Shown here piece by piece: positions 17,622 to 27,295 of a stretch of DNA of 64,000 nucleotides. The position numbers and the translations under genes were made by a program. Below the pieces are notes generated by a model. The model searched no databases, was not told the origin of the DNA, and saw only the letters and a list, made by a program, of their open reading frames with translations. Source of the stretch: an uncultured archaeon (lineage in GTDB: Archaea; Altiarchaeota; Altiarchaeia; IMC4; CAZEGI01); the NCBI GenBank assembly GCA_964512105.1, contig CAZEGI010000001.1, positions 40,534 to 104,533 of the forward strand, given 5' to 3'. How positions within the stretch are numbered: the first letter of the stretch is position 1; each line of letters opens with the position of its first letter.

Positions 17622-18871
17622 CAGGAAAGTTTTTCAATTAGATTTGCAATCTTCACTTCTTCTTGTTTCTTTTTCCGCATATTTTTAACAACAACGGAGT
17701 TGTTTTTTAATTCTTTTTCGCCGACAATAACCACAAACTCTGCATTAATCCTGTCTGCATACTCGAGAATCTTATCCAGTTTTCTGTCAATCAGGTTCAA
17801 ATCAACCTTCACGTTACCGGGGTTTTTTCTTAGGTTTGCAGCAATACGCCATGCCTGTTCCGTTGTGTTGCCTATCTGCGCTATAACAACTGCCCTTTCC
17901 TTTTTTTCGAGTTTCTTTTTTTGAATTTCGCACGCCTCGACAACCCTGTCGAACCCGAATGCAAACCCAACTGCTGGCGTATCCGGGCCTCCAAAAAGTT
18001 TTACGAGATTGTCGTAACGGCCGCCTCCGCATATCTGGTTTTCCGCACCCAGACCATCAACACGCAACTCGAAAATCATTCCGGTGTAGTATTCCAAGCC
18101 GCGCGCCCTTCCGAGGTTTATGGTGTATTTTGTTTTCAGCATGTCCAGCCAGCCGGCAATCTCCATGAGGCGGTTGAGTTGCTCTGCGGATTTGTTGCTG
18201 TTTCTGAGCAGGGCTGCTGCCTCTCTGAGTTTTTCGCTGCCGCCCTTCATCCCGATGATTTTATAAAAAACCCCGCTGTCCACGAATTTTTTCAAAATTT
18301 CGGTATCGCCCTTGTCTATGCTTGCTATAACAGAGTCATGCTTTTCCTTCGGAACTCTAAAGTCATCAAGCATGCTTCTCAGCAGCCCGATACTTCCGAT
18401 TTCAAGTTCGAACTCCAAACCCAGCGCATTCAGGGAATCAACAGCGACCCGTATGACCTCGGCATCAGCCAAACTATTGTCTGCTCCGATAAGCTCTATT
18501 CCTAACTGCCAGAACTCGCGGTAGCGACCCTTCTGCGGTCTTTCGTATCGAAACATCGGGCAGGAATAGTAAACCTTCAATGGTTTTTGCATGCTTATGA
18601 GTTCGCTCGCGTACATCCTGCACACGGAAGCAGTCATCTCGGGTCTTAAGCAAAGTTCCCTGTCCGATTTGTCCCTGAAAACGTACATGTGCTCCTTGAT
18701 TTCCTCTCCGGATTTGAGTCTGAACAACTCTGCAGGTTCAAACGTCGGGGTCAGAATCTTTCGGTAGTTGTACGCTTTGAACACTCCAGCGATTGCGACC
18801 TCGACAAAATCCCTTTTGCCCATTTCCTCCGGGTTGAAATCCCTGGTTCCGCGGGGTTTCTCGACTTTCAT
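17621..18871 (-). CDS. hisS: Histidyl-tRNA synthetase
   Basis: MKVEKPRGTRDFNPEEMGKR...FRYERPQKGRYREFWQLGIELIG...GGGRYDNLVKLFGG gives class II aaRS motifs 1-3 and the HisRS-specific blocks. Confidence 0.9.
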   Translation of the reverse strand: MKVEKPRGTRDFNPEEMGKRDFVEVAIAGVFKAYNYRKILTPTFEPAELFRLKSGEEIKEHMYVFRDKSDRELCLRPEMTASVCRMYASELISMQKPLKVYYSCPMFRYERPQKGRYREFWQLGIELIGADNSLADAEVIRVAVDSLNALGLEFELEIGSIGLLRSMLDDFRVPKEKHDSVIASIDKGDTEILKKFVDSGVFYKIIGMKGGSEKLREAAALLRNSNKSAEQLNRLMEIAGWLDMLKTKYTINLGRARGLEYYTGMIFELRVDGLGAENQICGGGRYDNLVKLFGGPDTPAVGFAFGFDRVVEACEIQKKKLEKKERAVVIAQIGNTTEQAWRIAANLRKNPGNVKVDLNLIDRKLDKILEYADRINAEFVVIVGEKELKNNSVVVKNMRKKKQEEVKIANLIEKLS

Positions 18872-18912
18872 CCTTATTATTTTTATTTAGGGAACTAAAA
18901 ACAATTTTTTAT

Positions 18913-19458
18913 ATGGAAATCAAAGCCGGCAATTTCTACAAGGTTCTGGCGCCGCGGCCGACGGTTATAATTACAACGATTGACAAAAACGGTAATGTAA
19001 ACGCCGCACCGTTCAGTTTTGTGATGCCGGTTTCCATGAATCCTGCACTCGTCGCATTTGCATCGGGGCATGGCAAACACACGCTTGGGAATGTCCGTGA
19101 AACAAAAGAATTTGTGGTGAACATTCCTCCCGAAAAAATTCTGAAAAAACTGCTTATAACAGCGGAAAATTTTCCGAAGGGCGTGAATGAACTGGAAAAG
19201 GCAGGGCTGACAGAGAAAAAATCGAAACTTGTAAAACCGCCGTGCATTGAGGAATGCATCGCATGGTTCGAATGCGAACTCGAGTTCGAAAAAACCGCAG
19301 GCGACCACGTGATTGTTGTCGGAAGGGTTGTGAATGCGGAAATTGCTGACGGATTTATGAAAGAGAATGGAAATCTTGATGTGAAAAAAGCGAAGCCGTT
19401 GCTTCATCTCGGTGGTAATGAGTTTGCAGTTCCAGAGCGCATTATTGAATCCAAATAA
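18913..19458 (+). CDS. Flavin reductase-like FMN-binding split-barrel domain protein
   Basis: ...YKVLAPRPTVIITTIDKNGNVNAAPFSFVMPVSMNPALVAFAS... is the typical flavin reductase-like domain signature. Confidence 0.7.
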   Translation: MEIKAGNFYKVLAPRPTVIITTIDKNGNVNAAPFSFVMPVSMNPALVAFASGHGKHTLGNVRETKEFVVNIPPEKILKKLLITAENFPKGVNELEKAGLTEKKSKLVKPPCIEECIAWFECELEFEKTAGDHVIVVGRVVNAEIADGFMKENGNLDVKKAKPLLHLGGNEFAVPERIIESK

Positions 19459-21780
19459 TTACCACTCACCAATCCCCATCTGTTTCCCGAGACCCTTGAG
19501 CTGCTCTTCCGAATAACCCAGCGCCTCGAGAATTCTCATGACTGCGGGCAGAAGCTGGTTGTTTATGTAGTATTCCGCATCGTAATCTCCTTCCTTCACG
19601 AAGTCTATGACCACAGATTTGTCGCTGATGCTTTTTCCCCTTCTGGTGACTATGTAGGTTACGATGCTGCCCTCCTTGAAATCTGTTCCCTGCTTCATGG
19701 CTTTTTTTGCAGCGACGATGTGCGGCCCTTCCTGGACATATTCCCCCATCTTCCGCGTTATCTGCGTGTTTATCGCAAGGTCCGCGAGTTTCACCTTCCC
19801 GTCCTTTATGTTTTTTATCGCGTCGCGAACAATGTTGGCCGCCTTTTCGGGACTCCTGTCCTGCAGTATCGCGTTCAGAACCTTTTCCTGGGTTTCCTTC
19901 GCTATGTTGGCCCAGTCCCGCCTTCTCGTTTCCAAACCCTTTACCGTGAGTTTCTTGTGCTCGTCCATCAGGGCGTAGCGCTTTTTCGTGATGAAGATTC
20001 CGCGCGGGTACATGCCCTCGAACTCGAGCTCCATCGAGCCTGGAAGTTTTTTGTTTATGTAATCCTGGAGTGCCTTTGCGCTTTCCTTGATTTTACCCGC
20101 ATCCTTTTCGTTTAATTTTACGATGAAGATGCTGTCGGTATCACCGTAAATCACTTTAAACCCATGCGCTTCCGCGTCTTTTATCGTCTGGTGGATGTAC
20201 TCCCTGCCCCATGCCGTGATTGCTTCTGCGCAGTCCTTGGAATACCATCTCGCACGCGCAAACGCGTAATAACCGTACATGCTGTTCGCCAGAATCTTGA
20301 GGGCCTGTTGCTGGACATCGAGCATCTTTTTTTTCTCAGCGTCCTTCTCCTTGCTCTGCCGCGCTTTGGTTTCCATTCTTTTTGAGATAAGACCTTCAAG
20401 AATTTCAGGAATGAAGCCTTTCTTGTTCTTGCAGAAATAATGTCCTGTCGGGGCTTTGTAACCGTCGTTCTTGCAGCAATCGCAGTCCATGGTTGACGGG
20501 TCAACGTTGTGTGATATGATGATGCTTGGATAAAGTGAGCGGAAGTCGAACAAGAGAATGTTATCGTGAATTCCTTTAACCGGCTCAACGACGTATGCCC
20601 CAACATAGGATTCGCTCTGCCGTTCATTGGCTATGTTGTCTGACGGCCTGTTGGGGATGAGAATTCCTTTTTCGTGCGCCTTTATCATGAGTAACTGTTC
20701 GACGCGCTGGCCGGATGCAAGACGCGAGGTTTCGTATATCGGATGCCGCAGAATGCGCGACAGCTCGTACTCGAGAGGAAGAACCGCAAGCGCGATTTTT
20801 AATGCCGCCCTGACATCGCTTATCGAATACTCCATGAGTTTTTTGAAATCTTCCGCATTTTTCGATTCCCATGAGCGGAATATCTCGCTAACGGTTATTA
20901 AACTTTTTTTCTCCTCTCCGAATATTCCGAGATAAACGTCCTCAAGTCTGTACCTCGGAAAATTAAAGTTCTGCCTGCATATCGGGAAGGTGTCAATGTG
21001 CGGCCGGCCCCTGACCTTGGCCCCAAGATTCATGCCTCTGCGCTCCAATTTTATGTCACTGCCATCAATCCCCAGGTCAAGCTCTATTTTATACTTTGCG
21101 GCCCGGTCTTTGAGGTACGGGAAGTCGAAGTTGTCCGTGTTGTAGCCGGTGATGATGTCGACCCCGCGCTCCTTGACGGTTTCAACGAACTTTTTTATCA
21201 TCTCCTGCTCGTCATCAACGAATTCCACGTATTTCAGGTTGGAGCCGGAAATTTTTTTGTAGGTCCAGACGCGTTCAAACCCCTTTGAATCCGCATACCC
21301 GATTACTATCGCCGGGTCCCGCTCGGCGTTCGGGTCGCCCTTCGGCGCGTAAACCTCGATGTCAAACGCTCCGACGAGGAGGTCTGCGAATTCCGCATCC
21401 TCCATCGGAACAAGTTTCGAATCTATGAGATAGCGGTGAGCGAATGGTATTCCCGCCTCTCTGACTTCCTTGCAGGAATCCAGCGCCTTCACGTGCTCTC
21501 TTAGCTCCGGAACATCCCCTGGTTGTTTTACGATAATTTTTGTAACATCGATTTTTTTGGAGACGTTTATCATTGATTTTTTATCGACCCGAACAACCTT
21601 ATTCAGTCCTCTTAATTCCTTTATGAGTTTGTCTATATCGCTATCGGGAATCGCATAGAAATACGGCTCAAATCCGGAAACTTCCTCAACGTTTCTTTTA
21701 TCCTTTTCCTTGTAGAACAGCCTTATCACGGGCTTTTCGTCCCTTATCGTATAATCAATATCCAGAAGCGTTTTCGACAT
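19459..21780 (-). CDS. polB: Family B DNA polymerase
   Basis: Exo motifs are FDIEVYAP and YNTDNFDFPYL. Polymerase motifs are KILANSMYGYYAF and KVIYGDTDSIFI. The likely start is MSKTLLDIDYTIRDEKPVIRLFYK (21780); the longer ORF to 21942 adds an implausible hydrophobic leader. Confidence 0.9.
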   Translation of the reverse strand: MSKTLLDIDYTIRDEKPVIRLFYKEKDKRNVEEVSGFEPYFYAIPDSDIDKLIKELRGLNKVVRVDKKSMINVSKKIDVTKIIVKQPGDVPELREHVKALDSCKEVREAGIPFAHRYLIDSKLVPMEDAEFADLLVGAFDIEVYAPKGDPNAERDPAIVIGYADSKGFERVWTYKKISGSNLKYVEFVDDEQEMIKKFVETVKERGVDIITGYNTDNFDFPYLKDRAAKYKIELDLGIDGSDIKLERRGMNLGAKVRGRPHIDTFPICRQNFNFPRYRLEDVYLGIFGEEKKSLITVSEIFRSWESKNAEDFKKLMEYSISDVRAALKIALAVLPLEYELSRILRHPIYETSRLASGQRVEQLLMIKAHEKGILIPNRPSDNIANERQSESYVGAYVVEPVKGIHDNILLFDFRSLYPSIIISHNVDPSTMDCDCCKNDGYKAPTGHYFCKNKKGFIPEILEGLISKRMETKARQSKEKDAEKKKMLDVQQQALKILANSMYGYYAFARARWYSKDCAEAITAWGREYIHQTIKDAEAHGFKVIYGDTDSIFIVKLNEKDAGKIKESAKALQDYINKKLPGSMELEFEGMYPRGIFITKKRYALMDEHKKLTVKGLETRRRDWANIAKETQEKVLNAILQDRSPEKAANIVRDAIKNIKDGKVKLADLAINTQITRKMGEYVQEGPHIVAAKKAMKQGTDFKEGSIVTYIVTRRGKSISDKSVVIDFVKEGDYDAEYYINNQLLPAVMRILEALGYSEEQLKGLGKQMGIGEW

Positions 21781-21823
21781 TTTAATTTTATAATATAATA
21801 ATCCCAGAGTATAACATATAAGC

Positions 21824-22471
21824 ATGAAAACCGTTCTTTGGATTAAACTGAAAAACGTTGTGGGTGCATTGAGGGAATTGAGCACCGTTATTGCAGAGAG
21901 GAAAGGCAATATCACATATATAGAACAGATAGGCAGCGGCAACGTAGTTTATCTTTCTCTTGAAATCGAAGGTATAAAAAATAGAAAACCACTGATAGAT
22001 GGTCTAAAAAAGTTAAAACCCGTTCTATCTGTTGAAACGGTTCCGAGTTTTTCCGAGATTTACGGGAAACGGGTTATTGTCATAGGCGGTGGGGCGCAGG
22101 TCGCCGAAGTGGCGAAGGGCGCGATATCGGAGGCCGACAGGCACAACATTCGGGGGGAAAAGATAAGTGTCGATACGATCCCCCTGGTTGGTGAGAGGGA
22201 AATCGCAATGGCTGTCAGGGCAGTTCCAAGACTGCCGAGGGCCAGCATTCTTGTCCTTGCGGGCTCGCTGATGGGTGGCGAGATAACGAAGGCCGTGAAG
22301 GAAGTCAGAAAGGGGAGGATTCCGGTCATATCTTTGAACATGGCCGGCTCGGTTCCGGAAGCTGCAGACATGGTTATCTCGGACCCAATACAGGCAGGAG
22401 TCATGGCCGTGATGAGCATAGCAAAAACCGCATGCTTCGACCTCAAAAAACAGAAGGGCAGAAAATATTAG
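21824..22471 (+). CDS. ACT-domain protein with an uncharacterised C-terminal domain
   Basis: The N-terminus [32 protein letters not shown] has an ACT-like beta-alpha-beta-beta-alpha-beta pattern. The C-terminus [20 protein letters not shown]... has no family I can name. Confidence 0.4.
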   Translation: MKTVLWIKLKNVVGALRELSTVIAERKGNITYIEQIGSGNVVYLSLEIEGIKNRKPLIDGLKKLKPVLSVETVPSFSEIYGKRVIVIGGGAQVAEVAKGAISEADRHNIRGEKISVDTIPLVGEREIAMAVRAVPRLPRASILVLAGSLMGGEITKAVKEVRKGRIPVISLNMAGSVPEAADMVISDPIQAGVMAVMSIAKTACFDLKKQKGRKY

Positions 22472-22476
22472 CTGAT

Positions 22477-23004
22477 TCAATGCACTTCAATCTTCGTCAC
22501 GCCACCCGCCTTGTACACCGCCTTTATGGTTGCGTCCCTGACGGCACTCGCATATTTTTTGTCATCGGATTTTTTGTTTATCCTGAGGATGTATAACGCA
22601 TCCGTGATGCCCGCGTGCTCCAACACAGAAACCAGGAGTTTCTCTAGATTATCTGTGGTTTCTTTCTTAAGGCCAATGTCTGATTGAACCGCCAACGATT
22701 TTATGCCTTCACCCAAAGCGGACGGCATGAGTGAAACCTTTACTGTTTTTTCTTCATCAGATGCAAATCCGGAACACGAAACCGTAAGCCCGTATTTTTC
22801 CCACTGCAGGACGTTTAGATTGTCCATTCCCATGCTTCTCAGAGAATCCGTAATCTTCTCGATATTCTCACTCTTTAGGTTCAGTGTTATTTCCCTGCCG
22901 ATGAGAGACATGCTCAGAACTTCATATTTGGAGAGATTCTCGAAAAGTTTCCCTATGTTGTGCCCGGTGTAGGAACCGCTTATCGCGATACGGTAGTTGG
23001 TCAT
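22477..23004 (-). CDS. Hypothetical protein
   Basis: 175-aa ORF with coding-like composition, packed between neighbours (4-nt overlap with agmatinase). I recognise no motif. Confidence 0.4.
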   Translation of the reverse strand: MTNYRIAISGSYTGHNIGKLFENLSKYEVLSMSLIGREITLNLKSENIEKITDSLRSMGMDNLNVLQWEKYGLTVSCSGFASDEEKTVKVSLMPSALGEGIKSLAVQSDIGLKKETTDNLEKLLVSVLEHAGITDALYILRINKKSDDKKYASAVRDATIKAVYKAGGVTKIEVH

Positions 23005-23843
23005 TTTAGCAACATGAAATCCAGCAGCAGTTTTGCCGCCGTCACGGTCGTTGCGCCGTTGTCGAAGAGTGGGTTTACCTCCATTATATCAAAACCGACG
23101 ATATTGTTTTGTTTTTTTGAGACATTAATAATTTCAATGAGGGTATTTAAGCTTATGCCGTTCGGTTCGGGATTTGAAACCCCCGGTGCAACGGAAGGGT
23201 CTAGAACGTCCATGTCCAGGGTTATGTAAAGATTCTTTCCTTTCGTTTTTTTCAGTAGTTTTTTGATTTTTGTAACATCAACACCGCAATAATCCATTCC
23301 TTTTTCTTTTGCAAATTTTGATTCTTCATTGCTCATGCTTCTAACGCCCATGGATGTTATTTTAACGCCGAGTTCAGAAACACGGCGCATAACCGTCGAG
23401 TGATTCCATTTTTCCCCGAGGTAGTCGTCCCTCAAATCAAGGTGCGCATCTAGATGCAACATGCTGATTTTTTTTCTTTCATTTAAAATTTTTAGTATCG
23501 GGTAGGTTAGGGTATGCTCGCCACCAAGCACAATTGGTACAAAATTTTCATTTTTTTTAAATGTATTTTGCATCGTATGCACAACCCGTTCAAAGGTTTT
23601 TTGCAGATTTCCATGGACAACCTCTATATTTCCAAGATCGCAGAACTTGACATCGAAAAAACTCTTCTTTCCCGATTCCTTCTCCAGCTCCAAAAACTCT
23701 TTTCGTATCTCCAGTGGCGCAAATCTCGAACCCGTGCGATACGTGGATGTGGAATCGAACGGTATTCCGAGAAGTACGAATTTCGCGTCCTCAACCTCGC
23801 AATTCGACTCGAGTATGAGGTTTTTATTTGTGTACAAATCCAT
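23001..23843 (-). CDS. speB: Agmatinase / arginase-family ureohydrolase
   Basis: LLGIPFDSTSTYRTGSRFAPLEIR, GGEHTLTYP, LHLDAHLDLRDDY and TLDMDVLDPSVAPGVSNPEPNG are the Mn-binding arginase-fold motifs. Confidence 0.85.
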   Translation of the reverse strand: MDLYTNKNLILESNCEVEDAKFVLLGIPFDSTSTYRTGSRFAPLEIRKEFLELEKESGKKSFFDVKFCDLGNIEVVHGNLQKTFERVVHTMQNTFKKNENFVPIVLGGEHTLTYPILKILNERKKISMLHLDAHLDLRDDYLGEKWNHSTVMRRVSELGVKITSMGVRSMSNEESKFAKEKGMDYCGVDVTKIKKLLKKTKGKNLYITLDMDVLDPSVAPGVSNPEPNGISLNTLIEIINVSKKQNNIVGFDIMEVNPLFDNGATTVTAAKLLLDFMLLK

Positions 23844-23854
23844 TCTACTTTAGA

Positions 23855-24430
23855 ATGATATACTTTGAGGATATAAAACTTAAAACGCATCCGGAGGTTT
23901 ACGTTCCATGCGATGATTCTTTTTTGCTTGCTGAAAATCTGCGGGTGCAGGAAGAGGACGAGGTTCTGGATGTGGGCACAGGAACCGGAATTCTTGCCAT
24001 CGTTGCTGCCAAAAAAGCGGAATTTATTTTGGCAACGGACATTAATCCGCAGGCGTTGGAATTGGCAAATGAGAATGCACGTTTGAATGGTATGAAGAAC
24101 GTAAAATTTCTGGAAAGCGACCTGTTTGAAAAGATAAATGGAAAGTTCGACCTTGTTATTTTTAATGCTCCGTATCTGCCGTCTTTCGAAAACGACCCGC
24201 TCGGAAGGGCGTGGTCCGGCGGTAAGGACGGAACAGCGGTCATTAAGAAGTTCCTGGAAAACGTATCGGAACATTTGAAAGCCAACGGTAGGATACAGAT
24301 GCTTGTTTCTTCAATTACAAATTTTGAAAAAATAGAAAGCGCCGCAAAGAAAAATAATCTGAAAGTAAAAATCCTAGCGCAAAAAAGGAATTTTTTTGAA
24401 ACATTTTACGTTTTGCTTTTTGAGAGGTAG
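23855..24430 (+). CDS. HemK/PrmC-like SAM-dependent methyltransferase (N5-glutamine / small-MTase family)
   Basis: VLDVGTGTGILAI is the SAM motif I, and VIFNAPYLP is the NPPY-type motif IV. The ORF in the track starts at 23828; the start at 23855 (MIYFEDIKL...) is more likely. Confidence 0.7.
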   Translation: MIYFEDIKLKTHPEVYVPCDDSFLLAENLRVQEEDEVLDVGTGTGILAIVAAKKAEFILATDINPQALELANENARLNGMKNVKFLESDLFEKINGKFDLVIFNAPYLPSFENDPLGRAWSGGKDGTAVIKKFLENVSEHLKANGRIQMLVSSITNFEKIESAAKKNNLKVKILAQKRNFFETFYVLLFER

Positions 24431-24457
24431 TTTTAACCTTATTCCTAATTAATAAAG

Positions 24458-25594
24458 ATGAATTTCAAAAAAATTGAGGATCTGGAAAAGAAATACTACG
24501 CTGGTGTTTTTTCACGGTTACCGGTTGCGGTAGACCATGGAAAAGGCGTTTATCTGTATGATGTTAAAGGTAAGAGGTACCTTGATTTTTTTGCAGGCAT
24601 AGCAGTAAATGTTCTCGGGCATTGCCATCCAAAGGTTACCAAGACAATTGCAAAACAGGCAGGCATGCTGGTACATACGTCAAACTGGCTTTACACAAAA
24701 CCGCAGCTGGAGCTGGCCAAGCTGCTCACAAAAATAACTAAGCAGGATAGGGTTTTTTTCACGAATGACGGTACCGAGGCGGTTGAGGCGGCAATAAAAC
24801 TTGTAAGGTCCACGACAGGAAAAAAAGAGATAATAGCGATGAAAAATGCGTTCCATGGAAGAACCCTCGGCTCATTAAGTCTGACGTGGGACGAAAAATT
24901 CCGCAAACCATTCGAGCCCCTTGTACCTGGAGTGAAGTTTGTCGAATATAACAACGTAAAAAAACTTGAAAGTGCAATAACCGGGAATACCGCGGCCGTG
25001 ATACTTGAACCAATTCAGGGCGAAGCGGGCGTGATAATTCCTGATGTCGGCTATTTGAAAAAAGTGAGGGAGATGACGGAAAGAGAGGGGGTGTTGCTGG
25101 TACTCGACGAGGTCCAGACCGGGTTGGGAAGGACCGGAAAGTTGTTCGCTTACGAACACGAGGATGTTAAACCGGACATTTTGTGCCTGGGAAAGGCGCT
25201 TGGTAACGGGTTCCCGATAGGGGCTGCGCTTTACAATGGAATGGATTTCAAGACCGTGGAGCATGGTGGAACGTTCGTCGGCAATCCGCTGGCGTGCGCT
25301 GTTTCGAAGACCGTTGTTGAGACGGTGATAAATGAGAATCTTCCAAAAAAATCTGCAAAGCTTGGTTTATATCTGCTAAAAGAATTGAAAGAAGGATTGG
25401 GATTACGGGCCCGTGGAAGGGGATTGATGATGGGAATTGAAGTTAAGGACGGTAAGAAGACCGTTTTGGACTTGATAGAACGGAGCGTTCTGACGATACA
25501 CACGAAAAACACGGTCAGGATTTTGCCGCCTCTGATAATCGAGAAAAAACACGCGGATTTGTTTCTTGAGAGGATTGGTAGTTTAAGGGTTTAA
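24458..25594 (+). CDS. argD: Class III PLP aminotransferase (acetylornithine/LysJ-type)
   Basis: GHCHPKV, LVLDEVQTGLGRTGKLFAYEH and the PLP-lysine region LCLGKALGNGFPIGA match it. Confidence 0.85.
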   Translation: MNFKKIEDLEKKYYAGVFSRLPVAVDHGKGVYLYDVKGKRYLDFFAGIAVNVLGHCHPKVTKTIAKQAGMLVHTSNWLYTKPQLELAKLLTKITKQDRVFFTNDGTEAVEAAIKLVRSTTGKKEIIAMKNAFHGRTLGSLSLTWDEKFRKPFEPLVPGVKFVEYNNVKKLESAITGNTAAVILEPIQGEAGVIIPDVGYLKKVREMTEREGVLLVLDEVQTGLGRTGKLFAYEHEDVKPDILCLGKALGNGFPIGAALYNGMDFKTVEHGGTFVGNPLACAVSKTVVETVINENLPKKSAKLGLYLLKELKEGLGLRARGRGLMMGIEVKDGKKTVLDLIERSVLTIHTKNTVRILPPLIIEKKHADLFLERIGSLRV

Positions 25595-25595
25595 C

Positions 25596-26243
25596 ATGCT
25601 TGTCGTTTTGAAAATCGGCGGTAGTCTTTGCAGAGACCCGAAGATCCTTAAAAAACTTCTAAAAAAAATTTCGGCACTTTCGTGTAAATTTGATTTTCTG
25701 GTGGTTCCGGGCGGCGGAGGTTTCGCTGACCTTGTCAGGTCGTATGACAAAAAATTCGAACTAAAACCGGAGATTTCGCATGAGATGGCAATCCTGGCAA
25801 TGGACATCAACGGCCAACTGATTTGTAATTTTAACGGATTTTATCCTGCTTACGATTTGAATTTTAAAAGAAATAAAAAAATTCCGGTGTTGATTCCGTC
25901 GCGGTTTTTATCCAACAAAAAAATCAGGAAAACGTGGGATGTGACTTCGGATTCGATAGCGGCTTACGTTGCCGGATTGATAAATGCCGATATGTTGATT
26001 TTACTCAAGGATGTTGACGGTGTGTTTAGTGGGGACCCCAAGAAGAATAGGGATGTTATCATGTTTGAAAGAATAAACGCAAAGAATCTGAAAAAAATCA
26101 AAAGTTCGTGTCTGGACAAGGAATTCCCGGATTTTATAAAGAAGTTTAAGTTGAAGTCTTATGTTATTAATGGGAAAACCCCGGAAAGGTTAGAAGACCT
26201 GCTGAACGGAAAAAGGTTTGTAGGAACAACGATCGAAGAATGA
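25596..26243 (+). CDS. Amino-acid-kinase-fold protein (short UMP-kinase/isopentenyl-phosphate-kinase-like paralog)
   Basis: MLVVLKIGGSL...VVPGGGGFAD...LILLKDVDGV... and the C-terminal NGKRFVGTTIEE parallel the archaeal PyrH at 36850 (..NGKKFVGTVIE). The specific substrate is unclear. Confidence 0.5.
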   Translation: MLVVLKIGGSLCRDPKILKKLLKKISALSCKFDFLVVPGGGGFADLVRSYDKKFELKPEISHEMAILAMDINGQLICNFNGFYPAYDLNFKRNKKIPVLIPSRFLSNKKIRKTWDVTSDSIAAYVAGLINADMLILLKDVDGVFSGDPKKNRDVIMFERINAKNLKKIKSSCLDKEFPDFIKKFKLKSYVINGKTPERLEDLLNGKRFVGTTIEE

Positions 26244-27103
26244 ATCTTAACGAAAAGGCTTGGCGTTTAATGGATGACGTTATGAGGGGTGGAGAGATTA
26301 AAGCTGATAGATTTAAAACGATGCAAGGTGACGTCATCATTCTTAATTTAAATTTGGTTAAAGATGAGGGTGTAGCCAAAAAAGTTGCGGAGGCGTGCAT
26401 GGGCGGCTTGGGGAAGGTGGATATAGAGAATGATAATTTGGTGGTTGGGTGTAAAGGCAGGGTGGCGCTCGCGACCATGGGCTGTCAGCTTTCGGGCTGG
26501 TCCATAAACGGCGCGCTTGGTTCCGGCCCCGCACGCATTCTCGCAAGAAAGCCGAAGGAGATTTTTAATTTTTTGGGGTACAGTGAAAACGCAAAAAAAG
26601 CAGTGCTTTTTTTGGAAACCGACGGTGGGGTTGGTGAGGATTTATACCGAACTATTCTGGAAAAAACACAAACAGAAAAACTCATGGTCGCTGTGTTTAG
26701 TGGACGTTCGATGGTCGGAAAGATAAATGTTTTGGCACGAGTTCTTGAGATGGCGGTGTTCCGGCTTTATCACCTGGGATACGACATAAGGAATGTGGTT
26801 TACGGAAAAGGTTCTGTGCCGGTACCGAAAAGTAACGACCCAGGTTTATGCAACGACGCGATAATATATTTCGGCTCCGTCCATTTGAAGGTTAAGGGCT
26901 GGGACAAAAATCTTACGGAAAAATGCGTCTCAGGTTCATCGAAGATTCACGGAAAAAGATTCAACGAAATTTTAAAGGACGCAGGGGGCGATTTTTATAA
27001 GATAGACCCCGGGATATTTGCGCCCGCGGAACTGACGGTGAATGATGCAAGAACAGGTAAGAGGTACCATGCGGGTAAAAGGCACAAATATACTAAAAGT
27101 TAA
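26240..27103 (+). CDS. mch: Methenyltetrahydromethanopterin cyclohydrolase
   Basis: VAEACMGGLGKVDIE, GWSINGALGSGPARILARKPKE and FYKIDPGIFAPAELTVNDARTGKRYHAG closely parallel the conserved Mch blocks I recall from methanogen Mch. Confidence 0.75.
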   Translation: MNLNEKAWRLMDDVMRGGEIKADRFKTMQGDVIILNLNLVKDEGVAKKVAEACMGGLGKVDIENDNLVVGCKGRVALATMGCQLSGWSINGALGSGPARILARKPKEIFNFLGYSENAKKAVLFLETDGGVGEDLYRTILEKTQTEKLMVAVFSGRSMVGKINVLARVLEMAVFRLYHLGYDIRNVVYGKGSVPVPKSNDPGLCNDAIIYFGSVHLKVKGWDKNLTEKCVSGSSKIHGKRFNEILKDAGGDFYKIDPGIFAPAELTVNDARTGKRYHAGKRHKYTKS

Positions 27104-27112
27104 TACTTTACG

Positions 27113-27295
27113 ATGGATAAGGAAGTGGTCTTGAGGATTTATGAGTTATTACCAAAGAAGGATTGTGGTAAATGCAGGGAAAAGAAATGCGCCGAGTTTG
27201 CCAGAAGACTGCTAACTGGAGAGAGAAAACTCTACGAATGCCCTGAACTGGATGAAAAATCCGTGGAGGGGATAACGCTCATTCTTGAGGAGTAG
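27113..27295 (+). CDS. Stand-alone putative Fe-S cluster domain protein (PF04060-like, RnfC/CdhE N-terminal type), 60 aa
   Basis: LPKKDCGKCREKKCAEFARRLLTGERKLYECPEL gives the four-Cys pattern LP..DCG.C....C..FA..L..G......C. Confidence 0.5.
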   Translation: MDKEVVLRIYELLPKKDCGKCREKKCAEFARRLLTGERKLYECPELDEKSVEGITLILEE

